64,000 nucleotides of DNA, from positions 28,272,001 to 28,336,000 of the forward strand of contig NC_091990.1 of the NCBI RefSeq assembly GCF_044704955.1. Reading direction: 5' to 3'. The notes under the pieces are model-generated. The model did not search any database. It saw only the letters and a list, made by a program, of their open reading frames with translations, and was not told the origin of the DNA. The position numbers and the translations under genes are program-made. The stretch is from Pristiophorus japonicus (Eukaryota). This document shows, piece after piece, positions 34,472-46,600 of this stretch. Positions within the stretch are counted from its first letter, which is position 1, and each line of letters opens with the position of its first letter.

Positions 34472-35857
34472 TGTAATATATTTGCTTCATGGGCTCTTTG
34501 CTTAAGAATTCATAGCAACACATTGCTACTAAGAACTAGTTGGTTTATTAGCAACGGTTTAACAATCACACTACACATTACCAATTCATCCACCAGGCTC
34601 ACAACCACCTGCCTCATTGTGGATCCCCTGAACCCAACTGGCTGGGGTTTTATTGAGTCTTGTGAACATCACGTGACTGGCTAAGCCACTCACAATTCAA
34701 CAGCTCAACAACTCTTTTTGTGGGGTGGGGGGGGAACAAAATAAACATTAGATCAAGTGCCCCCCTGATCTGGGGAAAACACCAGACACTTTTAACTGCC
34801 CTCTTTTTTCATCTTTTTTGTTTTCTTTTTTGTTTTTTTTGTGTTTTTTTAAAAACAAATTTTGGGGGGGGACATTAAAATTATACATTTTACAAGTGGC
34901 CCCTATAAAAGGGGAGGAGACATTAAAACCCCAGCAATTAAAACAAATTAAACTTTAAAACATATAAAATCAAATTAAAATTTGGTTGCCGGGGGTAACG
35001 ATGCACTCCAGTCCCTCCGGCGCCCACCTCTCGAGAAAGGCCGCGAGCGTACCGGTGGACACCGCGTGCTCCATCTCTAGGGACACCCTGGCCCGGATGT
35101 AGGCGCGGAAGAGAGGCAGGCAGTCAGGCTGAACGACCCCCTCGACCGCCCGCTGCCTGGACCGGCTGATGGCACCCTTGGCCGTGCCCAGGAGCAGTCC
35201 TACAAGGAGACCCTCGGACCTACCCGTTCCCCTCCGCACAGGGTGCCCAAAGATCTGGAGTGTGGGACTGAAGTGCAGCCAGAAATTGAGGAGCAGCCCC
35301 TTTAAATAATGAAACAGGGGCAACCTCGCGCATTCGATAAAAACATGGAACACGGACTCTTCCAGACCGCAGAAATTGCAGGCGGCCTGGGAGCCCGTGA
35401 ACCGGCTTAAAAATTAATTGCACGGGACTGCTCCATGCACCACCCTCCAGGCCAAGTCCCCGATAAATAGTGGGAGGACTCCCGCGTAGAGTGCACTCCA
35501 TCGGGGACCCCCGCCTCCTCCGGACGGCAAGATGGTACGCCATGGCGTGTCCGGACGGCAGGCGAGGATGGCAAGGTTGAGAGTGTGCAGGAGCAGCCCG
35601 TACAGGGAACCCCTCCGCGCAGAACTGAAAGGCACGGAAGGGATTTCCCCGAGGCGGCTCAAGTTGTGAGGCGCCGGCTCCCAAGGGAGGTTCCGGGGTT
35701 TGGCGCCGATGAGGAATTCCGTCCGGACGGGGGTCAGTTCGGACGGGATCTCCCCACGTGCTTGAGCCTCCTCAACACACCTAACAGAGTCAGGGCCCAG
35801 AGCTGTTTTCAACAGCTCAACAAACTTGTCAGCATACTCACAGGTGGATACATTACA
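34472..35857 (-). mobile_element. Solo LTR copy B (in an FBXO39 intron), interrupted by a Tx1 LINE
   Basis: TGTAAT...ATTACA termini; imperfect TSD CCCAC/CCCGG; same family as 28654-29599. Confidence 0.88.
34712..35807 (-). mobile_element. Tx1-clade LINE, 5'-truncated (copy B)
   Basis: ORFs 35414-35812 and 34970-35353 (DLAWRVVHGAVPCN..FHVFIEC..ERWAP); 16-bp TSD TTCAACAGCTCAACAA (34696-34711 / 35808-35823). Confidence 0.92.
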
Positions 35858-36269
35858 CCCGGGAGAGTGAGTGAGTGGGTAAGTGAGTTGCGGTTTCCTT
35901 CACCAGTCTCTTTCTGCTGGGATTCTGGGATGGTGGACTCCTCCATGTAATCTTTTTGTGGGAGCACTCCATAGTTAGCACAATTATGATTGGCAGATTG
36001 GCCTGCCAAGGAGCTCTGAGAGATAGTGTTAAAGGGGCATCATATTCATGTAGTACTCCACGTCACAGTACTCTGCCCCGTCCATATATCATTTGATAAC
36101 TCTGATCTTTTTAATAGCTTTTTAACAAAGTAAATAATATATAATGTTTCCACATAATCTTTGAATTAATTTATTAAATTGCTGCCTGCCTCTTCCTACC
36201 TTGGCTAATCTGCCCACTGGTACCCTCACTCTTGCTTGTGTTGGCTCTGGACTTGGCTGTTACAGTGCT

Positions 36270-36945
36270 CTCCGAGCTGTTCATCCAGAGCTCTGCCACC
36301 TATATCCTCTTCCACACTACGTCCCACTTGCCCATTGTCCCTGAACTCGCTGACCTGCATTGGCTCTCAATTCCCCATAAAGTTAAAATTCTCCTCCTCA
36401 TCTTTTGGAACCCTTCATGTCCTCACCCTTCCTCGTCTCTTTGGCCTCTTCCAGTCCTGCAGCCCCTTCTGTATCTCTGTCTCGTGCATTTCTATCCCCT
36501 CCCCTTTGGTCCACCATTCGTGGTCGTGCCTTCAGCCACGCAGGCTCCACACTGTGGAGTCCCTCCCTGGCCCCTCTGCCCTTTTATCTCCCTCTCCTCC
36601 TTTGGGATCCTTCTTAAAACCCACCTCTGACCAAATTTTTGGTCTCCCCTCCTAATTAATATTTCCTTCTTTGGCTCAGTATCCATTTTATTGATAATGA
36701 CTCTGTGAAGCATTGCTTAACCAGAAGCCAATGTAGGTCAGCGAGCACAGGGGTCATGGGTGAGCAGGACTTGGTGCAAGTTAGAACATGGGTAGCTGAG
36801 TTTTGGATCACTTCTAGTTTACGTAGGGTAGAATGTGGGAGGCTAGCCAGGAGTGCATTGGAATAGTCAAGTCTAGAGGTACAAAGGCATGGATGAGGGC
36901 TTCAGCAGCAGATGAGCTGAGGCAAGGGCGGAGATGGGCGATGTT
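36270..36945. mobile_element. Two L2-type LINE fragments in opposite orientation (about 36270-36710 plus; 36720-36945 minus)
   Basis: LADLHWL..KILLL and NIAHLRPCLSSSAAEALIHAFV are L2 ORF2 C-terminal remnants. Confidence 0.65.
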
Positions 36946-37166
36946 AATAGCAGATCCTAACCTCACAGCACCAAGGAATTTAATTTCCTCTGGTAGTGGA
37001 CTTGTGAGAAAGCAAAACTTGAATCGCATGCTGAATCTGGAAGTTAGAAAAGCTCTACCAGTGTAAGATTTACAATTCTATATCGAAGCAAAGGATCTGT
37101 ATGCTGTAATATAAATATAAGTGATTTTGAACAAAAATGGATGGTTTCTTTTTCCTTTTGTTAAAG

Positions 37167-37739
37167 AGCCTGAACTTTTTCCTCCGTCGTGAGTGCAGAC
37201 ATCTTCAATCGTTCAATCTGAGGGGAGCAAGGCTTGGCATGGAGCAGGGATTCTCCATCTTAAACTCGCTGATCCACCAGAGGAACAGGAGCTCCATCTC
37301 TGAGCTCAACATCGAAGACTTCTTCAGCCATCACCTAACCATCTATGCCAACCCCACCTTCCCTAAGATTATCCGCAGCTTCTGCAACCTTACCAGCGTT
37401 TCAATCAATTACAATTGTATCTCCGATGACCTCCTGGACACCCTGTGTGAAAGCTGCTACCAGACCCTCAGGACCATGAACATTAAATGCCATATCCATG
37501 ACCCTCACAACCAAGTTGTATGGGGGCTCTCCTGGTCCAAGCTAGCTAAACGTGCGATCTACCTGAAAGTTAACTTTTATTTTGAGCTTGTGATGAAGAA
37601 CGACCGACTGACTCGGATTTTGGTGCCAGAGATCCCAGTGAGGAGCTTGAATTTTAGGAGTTGTTACTTTAGTGACCCAGATTGGACTATGAAACCCACG
37701 CTGACTGATCTAATTCCACATTACAAGACTACACTACAG
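37167..37739 (+). CDS. FBXO39: FBXO39 coding exon 2 (191 aa)
   Basis: ttttgttaaag|AGC...CAG|gtaagc; phase 0-0; LNIEDFFSHHL, IKCHIHDPH, RSCYFSDPDW. Confidence 0.95.
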
Positions 37740-37794
37740 GTAAGCCATGACTTACAGGTATGTTCAAGGGCAGGTCAATGCAATTTCAATAGGA

Positions 37795-38355
37795 TCATAG
37801 AAATTTACAGCACAGAAGGAGGTCATTCAGCCCATCGTGTCCGTGCCAGCCGACAAAGAGCTATCCAGCCCAATCCCACTTGGTCCGTAATCTTGTAGGT
37901 TACGGCACATCAAGTGCATATCCAAGTACGTTTTAAATGTGATGAGGGTTTCTGCCTCTACCACCCTTTCAGGCAGTGAGTTCCAGACTCCCGCCATGCT
38001 CCGGGTGAAAAAAGTTCTCCTCATCACCCCTCTAATCTTTCTACCCATTACTTTAAATCTATACCGCCTGGTTATAGGTCCTTCCTATCCACTCTATCTA
38101 GGCACCTCATAATTTTATACACCTCAATTAAGTTTCATCTCCGCCTCCTCTGTTCCAAAGAAAACAACCCCAGCCTATCCAATCTTTCCTCATAGCTAAA
38201 ATTCTTCAGTCCTGGCAACATCTTCGTAAATCTCCTCTGTACCCTCTCTAGTGCAATCACATTCTGCTTGTAATGTGGTGACCAGAACTGCACGCAGTAC
38301 TCTAGCTGTGGCCTAACTAGTGTTTTATACAGTTCAAGCATAACCTCCCTGCTCT
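37795..38355 (-). mobile_element. Old CR1 3' fragment
   Basis: ORFs 38135-38341 (LVRPQLEYCVQFWSP) and 37827-38048. Confidence 0.85.
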
Positions 38356-39182
38356 TAATACTACAAGAACAAATTATTCAAGTCAGAAACTCTCACAGAC
38401 CCCGAAAAGGGCTGGCTGATTCCATACAAACAACATCAAGTATACACAGTAAAATATTGGTGAGTCCATTAGGTTCAGAAAGAGTCTGCGATAATCTGCC
38501 TGAGGCCTACAATTGTCTGCATGACAACTGTTGTGACAAAAGGGTTACTTGAATAATACACAATGCAACCCTCTTCATGGGCTGATTTGGTAAAACTGGT
38601 ATATAACTGAGCCATGCCGAGCTCAGAGACCATGCCCTTAAACCGATGAGGGGAAATTTCTGCTCTATAACACAATGCAGTGACCCCTCGGGGATAGTGG
38701 GCTCATGCAGCTATTGAGTGATGACTGAAACATGCTCAGCTATGATGCCCTCCATGATCAAATTGCTTTCTGACACTTCCTTTCTAGCTCACACCTGAAG
38801 AGCGACAACTTAGATAAGGCACCATGGGGTGCCCAGCAAAGAGCCAAATGCCTTCAAGGAAGATGAGAAAATTGGCACCAAAAAAACACAATGCAGAGTT
38901 CATTCCAATGATGAGAATCTATTTTTAGGAGCAGCTCATCACATTTTCTAATACTCAAGTCTTATATTAAACAAAAAATCAGAGTTTAAAAGTGAAAAAG
39001 AGCTTGTGTAATAAACAGCTTATTAAAGGTTTATGTATTGTCAAACCCTGTTCAAATGTTTGGAGTTTTGGGGACCTTAGTTTGGGCACAGGTTAACCCA
39101 TTTGTGCAATCGTTACAGAAAAAAGACCAACTATAAGTTAGGCCAATGTTGAATCCACTCGAGAGAGGTTACAGATGAGAAA

Positions 39183-40930
39183 CAATTGAACAAGTACTTT
39201 GGTTCGGTATTCACTGAGGAGGACACAAACAACCTTCCGGATATAAAAGGGGTCGGAGGGTCTAGTAAGGAGGAGGAACTGAGGGAAATCCTTATTAGTC
39301 GGGAAATTGTGTTGGGGAAATTGATGGGATTGAAGGCCGATAAATCCCCAGGGCCTGATGGACTGCATCCCAGAGTACTTAAGGAGGTGGCCTTGGAAAT
39401 AGTGGATGCATTGACAGTCATTTTCCAACATTCCATTGACCCTGGATCAGTTCCTATGGAGTGGAGGGTAGCCAATGTAACCCCACTTTTTAAAAAAGGA
39501 GGGAGAGAGAAAACAGGGAATTACAGACCGGTCAGCCTGACATCGGTAGTGGGTAAAATGATGGAATCAATTATTAAGGATGTGATCGCAGTGCATTTGA
39601 AAAGAGGTAATATGATAGGTCCAAGTCAGCATGGATTTGTGAAAGGGAAATCATGCTTGACAAATCTTCTGGAATTTTTTGAGGATGTTTCCAGTAGAGT
39701 GGACAAGGGAGAACCAGTCGATGTGGTATATTTGGACTTTCAGAAGGCTTTCGACAAGGTCCCACACAAGAGATTAATGTGCAAAGTTAAAGCACATGGG
39801 ATTGGGGGTAGTGTGCTGACATGGATTGAGAACTGGTTGTCAGTCAGGAAGCAAAGAGTAGGAGTAAATGGGGACTTTTTAGAATGGCAGGCAGTGACTA
39901 GTGGGGTACCGCAAGGTTCTGTGCTGGGGCCCCAGCAGTTTACACTGTACATTAATGATTTAGACGAGGGGATTAAATGTAGTATCTCCAAATTTGCGGA
40001 TGACACTAAGTTGGGTGGCAGCGTGAGCTGCAAGGAGGATTCTATGAGGCTGCAGAGCGACTTGGATAGGTTAGGTGAGTGGGCAAATGCATGGCAGATG
40101 AAGTATAATGTGGATAAATGTGAGGTTATCCACTTTGGTGGTAAAAACAGAGAGACAGACTATTATCTGAATGGTGACAGATTAGGAAAAGGAGAGGTGC
40201 AACGAGACCTGGGTGTCATGGTACATCAGTCATTGAAGGTTGGCATGCAGGTACAGCAGGCGGTTAAGAAAGCAAATGGCATGTTGGCCTTCATAGCGAG
40301 GGGATTTGAGTACAAGGGCAGGGAGGTGTTGCTACAATTGTACAGGGCCTTGGTGAGGCCACACCTGGAGTATTGTGTACAGTTTTGGTCTCCTAACCTG
40401 AGGAAGGACATTCTTGCTATTGAGGGAGTGCAGCGAAGGTTCACCAGACTGATTCCCGGGATGGCGGGACTGACCTATCAAGAAAGACTGGATCAACTGG
40501 GCTTGTATTCACTGGAGTTCAGAAGAATGAGAGGGGACCTCATAGAAACGTTTAAAATTCTGACGGGGTTAGACAGGTTAGATGCAGGAAGAATGTTCCC
40601 AATGTTGGGGAAGTCCAGAACCAGGGGACACAGTCTAAGGATAAGGGGGAAGCCATTTAGGACTGAGATGAGGAGGAATTTCTTCACCCAGAGAGTGGTG
40701 AACCTGTGGAATTCTCTACCACAGAAAGTTGTTGAGGCCAATTCACTAAATATATTCAAAAAGGAGTTAGATGAAGTCCTTACTACTAGGGGAATCAAGG
40801 GGTATGGTGAGAAAGCAGGAATGGGGTACTGAAGTTGCATGTTCAGCCATGAACTCATTGAATGGCGGTGCAGGCTAGAAGGGCCGAATGGCCTACTCCT
40901 GCACCTATTTTCTATGTTTCTATGTTTCTA
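39183..40930 (+). mobile_element. Young CR1 LINE, 5'-truncated, RT frame open (548 aa)
   Basis: ORF 39186-40832 is nearly identical to the C-terminal part of 11776-14682; (TTTCTATG)n tail. Confidence 0.96.
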
Positions 40931-41552
40931 AACACTCTGTGAAGGATTGAATGGAGCGCCAGCCTAGACCTCAAGGCCTCACTAATATTTCCATAGCATG
41001 ATAGCAACCTATCTTTTCCTGGCTTTTGACCTATTGATAGTTTCCCCTTAAAACCTCATTTAGATGACCAATGAAGACTAGAATCATCTTTATCGATAAA
41101 GCTGCTTTGAGAATGAACTGAAAGTGTATGATTTGGCCCTGTGTTGTCACTTCCAGTGTCGCTGATGGGTTTTTCAAAAGGAAATGCTGCTATTACCCCT
41201 CAAAAATACAATTGTTTTTCATGTTAAAGTGCCAAATGAATGGCCCCCTCACCCTGTAGCAAACAGGTGGAGAGGCAAAAAGAAAAACTGTAAATGCTGG
41301 AAATATCAAGTAAAAAAAACTAGAAACATGTTTGCTATCTACAGCAAGCCGACAGTATCTGAGAGATAAGGTTAACATTTCGAGAGTAATGTTACACGAG
41401 AACTCAATTTGCTGACAATTGTTATTTACTTTTCTGGGCTTGTGTTCCAATTGAGCAAACATTGATTCTGCTAATCATATATTAATTTTATTATATTAAC
41501 TGTATCGATATATTGCACACTCCTAATTTTGAGATGTGATATTTTTTGCCAG

Positions 41553-41729
41553 AAACTGACATTGGAATTTAATAATAGTCATGAACGGATTGATGATGAG
41601 TTACTGCAACTGGTGTTAACATGTGAACGGCTGCACTACATGAAGATCTGGGCTTTCCTCAGCATTAAGTTTATTGAGACAATGCTACAATATCGTCAGG
41701 AGGGAAAATCCAACTTCCGCACCCTTAAG
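41553..41729 (+). CDS. FBXO39: FBXO39 coding exon 3 (59 aa)
   Basis: ttttttgccag|AAA CTG ACA..(KLTLEFNNSHE..KIWAFL..LK)|gtacaa; 177 nt. Confidence 0.95.
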
Positions 41730-41819
41730 GTACAAGCAACTGCTTTTATTAACAGGATTTCTGGGCCACTTAAGCCCGAGTGAAGGCCAAATCACTGAGA
41801 TAATGCCTTACTGCTCAGG

Positions 41820-42225
41820 AGAACATAAGAACATAAGAATTAGGAGCAGGATTAGGCTATTCAGCACCTCGAGCCTGCTCCGCTATTCAATAAGATCACG
41901 GCTGATCTTCTACCTTAACTCCACTTTTCAGTATACCCATATCCCTTGATTCCCTTAATATCCCAATATTTATCGATCTCTGTCTTGAATATTCTCAAAG
42001 ACTGAGCCTCCACAGCCCTCTGGGGTAGAGAATTCCAAAGATTCACCATCCTCTAAGTGAAGACTTTTCTCCTCATCTCAGTCCTAAATGGCCGACCCCT
42101 TATTCTGAGACGGTGACCCCTGGTTCTAGACTCCACAGCCCGGGGGAAACATTCTCCTTACATCTATCCTGTTAAGCCCTGTAAGAATGTTGTATGTTTC
42201 AATGAGATCAGCTCTCATTCTTCTG
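41820..42225 (-). mobile_element. CR1 3' fragment ((CATAAGAA)n tail variant)
   Basis: gaacataagaacataagaa tail and CR1 3'UTR similarity. Confidence 0.8.
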
Positions 42226-42489
42226 CGAGTTTACCAGGTCCTCAAGAGTCTAGCAATATTTTCTCATCCTGTAGGGGTTGCTGAGTCCTCTAATACTTGG
42301 CTTTATCCCACTCCCATTATCATAGAGCTGTTGCTATGATTGGGGTTTATTGTTGTGGATCTGACCCTGCTGCTTTTGTCCCTGTTAATTATTTACCACT
42401 CTCCATTATTTTGCTTTCTCGACCTCCTTCTCTGTATGTGGCATACACCACAATATAAGGAACCATGTCATGTTCACTTCTTTAATGCC

Positions 42490-42792
42490 GCTGAGTGCGA
42501 TATCACCACTGACACCTGGGAGTGCCTGGCCGAAGACTGCCCTAGGTGGAGAAAGTGCATCCGGGAGGGCGTTGAGCTCTTCGAAGCTCAACGCCGAGAG
42601 CGTGAAGAGGTCAAGCGCAGGCAGCGGAAGGAGCGACCGGCAAAACAGTCCCATCCATCCCTCCCCTCGGCGAATGTCTGTCCCACCTGCGACAGAGCCT
42701 ATGGCTCTCGTATTGGACTGTTCAGCCACCAAAGAACTCACTTCAGGAGTGGAAGCAAGTCTTCCTCGATTCTGAGGGACTGCCTATGATAA
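42490..42792 (+). mobile_element. RTE LINE 3' fragment
   Basis: CDITTDTWECLAEDCPRWRKCIREG..CPTCDR..H; tail gggactgcctatgat. Confidence 0.88.
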
Positions 42793-43609
42793 TGTATTAT
42801 CAAATGCTATTGATATCCTGGAGTTTTACTCGGGTAATACTGTAAGCATGATCGAGAAAGTTCAGAGAGCTTTATTATGTTATGTATAATAGGGCAGAGG
42901 CGTGGCATGCCCTAATTCCTCTGCTATTATTCTCTCCATTGCGAAAGCTTAGTCACTTGGTGTTGTGGGTGTGGCCATATTTCTTACATTGACTCCTTTA
43001 ACCTTTCAGAGCTATTCACTCTCAGGACGTCATGTCCTGCGGTTTGGAAGCTGGAGATCACTTTAGAAATCACTGATTGTCAAGCCCTGCTCCCTAGTGG
43101 TTGAGTTGGTAAAGACACTGCCCGCACGGACCAGAAAACTCCCCAGATTAAATCCCTTATCTGTCAGCTGTCAGCTAATCCCGAGCAAGGAAGCAGCAGG
43201 TTCTGTTCTTTGCCTCAGCTCCCGGGGGATAGGCAGGGGGCAGGATAAGACAGAGTTTGAGTTTCCTTATCACTATCCTCTGACCCTCGTTGGAAAAGGC
43301 AGGACTTTGGGTTAGGACAGGACAGGATCAGGTTCGATTGTGATGCTTTCTAGATTCTCAACACTCAGCCCAACGTACGCACGAAAATGTCAATTCACAT
43401 CCACGATGTGTCACAGTTTAGCTGGCACGAATGGAACTGTAGCCCGACATGAATCAGCGGAGGGAAGAGGGAAGTTAGAAGAGGAAAGAAAAAAGGAAGT
43501 GAACCCAAAAACTTTAAAATTAGGGAAGCAAGACTTGACCAAGTTGGAATCAAAATTAGCTCAGTGGCAGAAAGCAAAGGGTAATGATCGACAGGTGCTT
43601 TTGGTTGAT

Positions 43610-46600
43610 AGTGGTTGATAGTGAGGAAGAAAGCTGTAGGCTGCAGGAAGATATCAATGAACTGGTCAGGTGGGCAGAAAAGTGGCAAATGGAATTCAAT
43701 CTGGAGAAGTGTGAGGTAATGCATTTGGGGAGAGCTAACAAGGTAAGGGAATACAAAATAAATGGTAGGTTACTGAGAAGTGTAGAGGAACAGAAAGACC
43801 TTAGAGTGCAAGTCCACAGATCTCTGAAGGTAGCTGGACAGGTAGATAAGGTGGTTAAGAAGGCATACGGGATACTTTCCTTTATTAGCTGAGGCATAGA
43901 ATACAAGAGCAGGGAGGTTATGCTTGAACCGTATAAAACACTAGTTAGGCCACTGCTAGAGTACTGCAAAAACGAGCTAGTCGACCGCCTCAAAGACTAC
44001 CCCTGTGGGGTTAACGAACGTCTCTTGATTCTCCGACTCAACCTATCCCGGAATCAATGCTCCACAGTCATCAGTGCGTACGCCCCAACACTCGATGCGA
44101 CAGATGAGACCAAAGAGGGTTTTTACTCCAACCTCGAAAAATCCCTGTCCCGCGTCCCTGCGGACAACAAATTGATCCTCCTCGGTGACTTCAACACCAG
44201 GTTCAGCAAGGACACAGCCCTCTGGGGAGGCGTGATTGGCAGAGAGGGGGTAGGGAAAGCCAACTCCAGCGGTAACCTACTCCTGACAAAATGTCTAGAA
44301 CATGAACTTGTCCTCACCAACACCTTGTTCCTCCAGAGGGACAAATACAAGGCATCGTAGCAACACCCTCACTTCAAACACTGGCACCTGTTCGAATATG
44401 TCATCATCCGAGCAAGGATGTGCGCATCACCCGCGCCATGACAAGGAGCTGACGACTGCTGGATGGACCACCGCCTAATCCAATCCATCATTGACATTAA
44501 CATAGCCCCAAAGCAGAGGGGGCAGCAGAAGCAGTGCTGCAAAAACATCAATGCCGGGACACTTAAAGACCCAGCTAAGAGAGTCCTATACAGTCAGCAC
44601 CTCACAGCTAACCCGGCGAGTCTTGATGACCCCGAGATGCAGAATGCCCTCAGTGCTTGGTCTGCCCTCCAGGCCTCCATAACCAGTGCCTGCGAAGGGA
44701 TGCTCGGTCTCTCAACCAGGAAACACCACCAACGATGTCTCCGCAAGATCCTGCAAATCCCCTGGGAGGACAGGCGCACCAACATCAGTGTCCTCGTCCA
44801 GGCTAACATCCCCAGCATTGAAGCACTGACCACACTCAATCAGCTTCGCTGGGCAGGCCACATGATTCGCATGCCAGACATGAGACTCCCTAAGCAAATG
44901 CTTTCTGTGGAGCTCCTTCACGGCAAACGAGCCAAAGGTGGGCAGCGGAAACGTTACAAACACACCCTCAAAGACTCCCTGGTAAAGTGCGACATCACCA
45001 CTGACACCTGGGAGACCCTGGCCAAAGACCGCCCTAGATGGAGAAAGTGCATCCGGGAGGGTGTTGAGCTCTTCGAATCTCAATGCTGAGAGCGTGAAGA
45101 GGTCAAGCACAGGCAGCGGAAGGAGTGTGCGGCAAACCAGTCCCACCCACCCCTTCCCTCGACGAATGTCTGTCCCACCTGTGACAGGGTCTGTGGCTCT
45201 CGTATTGGACTGTTCAGCCACCAAAGAACTCACTTCAGAAGTGGAAGCAAGTCTTCCTCGATTCCGAGGGACTGCCTATGACCTCATCTCTCTCATCTGG
45301 AGGGAGGAGAGCATGCTGGGAGATCTCAGAGATGCAGTGATCGTGACCATTTTTTAAAAAGGGGACAAGTCCGACTGCGGCAACTACAGAGGAATTTCCC
45401 TATTATCAGCCACTGGGAAAGTCATCGCTAGAATCCTCCTCAACCGTCTTCTCCCTGTGGTTGAGGAGCTCCTCCCGGAGTCACAGTGGGGATTTTGTCC
45501 ACTATGGGGTACAACGGACATGATTTTTACAGCGCAGCAGCTGCAAGAACCATGCAGGGAACAGCATCAGCCCTTGTACATGGCCTTCTTCGACCTTACA
45601 AAGGCCTTTGATACTGTCAACCGTGAGGGACTATGGAGCATCCTCCTCCGTTTCAGATGCCTTCAAAAGTTCACCACCATCCTCCGCCTGCTCCATGACG
45701 ACATGCAGGCCGTGATCCTTTACAGACCCAATCGACGTCCGGACCAGGGTCAAACAGGGCTGCGTCATCACCCCAACACTCTTCTCAATCTTCCTCGCTG
45801 CTATGCTCCACCTCACGGTCAACAAGCTCCTCGCTGGAGTGGAACTAAACTACAGAACCAGTGGGAACCTGTTCAACCTTCGTCATCTCCAGGACAGGTC
45901 CAAGACCACTCCAATCTCTGTCGTCGAGCTACAGTACGTGGACGACGCCTGCGTCTGCGCACATTCAGAGGCTGCACTCCAGGACATAGTCAACGTATTT
46001 ACTGAGGTGTACGAAAGCATAGACCTTACGTTAAACATCCGTAGGTCCTCCACTAGCCTGTCCTCGCCGCTCAGCGGCCCTGGACAACATGGACTATTTC
46101 CTATACTTCTGGAGCCTCTTATCAACAAGAGCAGACATTGACTATGATTTCCAACACCGCCTCCAGTGTGCCAGTGCAGTCTTCGGCCGCCTGAGGAAAA
46201 GCGTGTTTGAAGACCAGGCCCTCAGATCCACCACCAAGCTCATGGTCTACAGGGCTGTAGTAATACCCGCCCTCCTGTATGTGTCAGAGACATGGACCAT
46301 GTACAGTAGACACCTCGGCGCTGGAGAAATACCACCAACGATGTCTCCGCAAGATCCTACAAATCCCCTGGGAGGACAGACGCACCAACGTTAGCGTCCT
46401 CGACCAGGCCAACATCCCCAGCATTGAAGCACTGACCACACTTGATCAGCTCCGCTGGGCAGGACACATAGTTCACATGCCAGACACGAGACTCCCAAAC
46501 AAGCGCTCTACTCAGACCTCCTTCATGGCAAACGGGCCTAGGGTGGGCAGAGGAAACGTTACAAGGACACCCTCAAAGCCTCCCTGATAAAGTGCGACAT

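Noticed and set aside
28654-35857. Segmental duplication explaining the two LTR+Tx1 composites
   Set aside because: Similarity stops at the LTR ends, and flanking TSDs, Tx1 truncation points, 3'UTRs and TSD alleles all differ.
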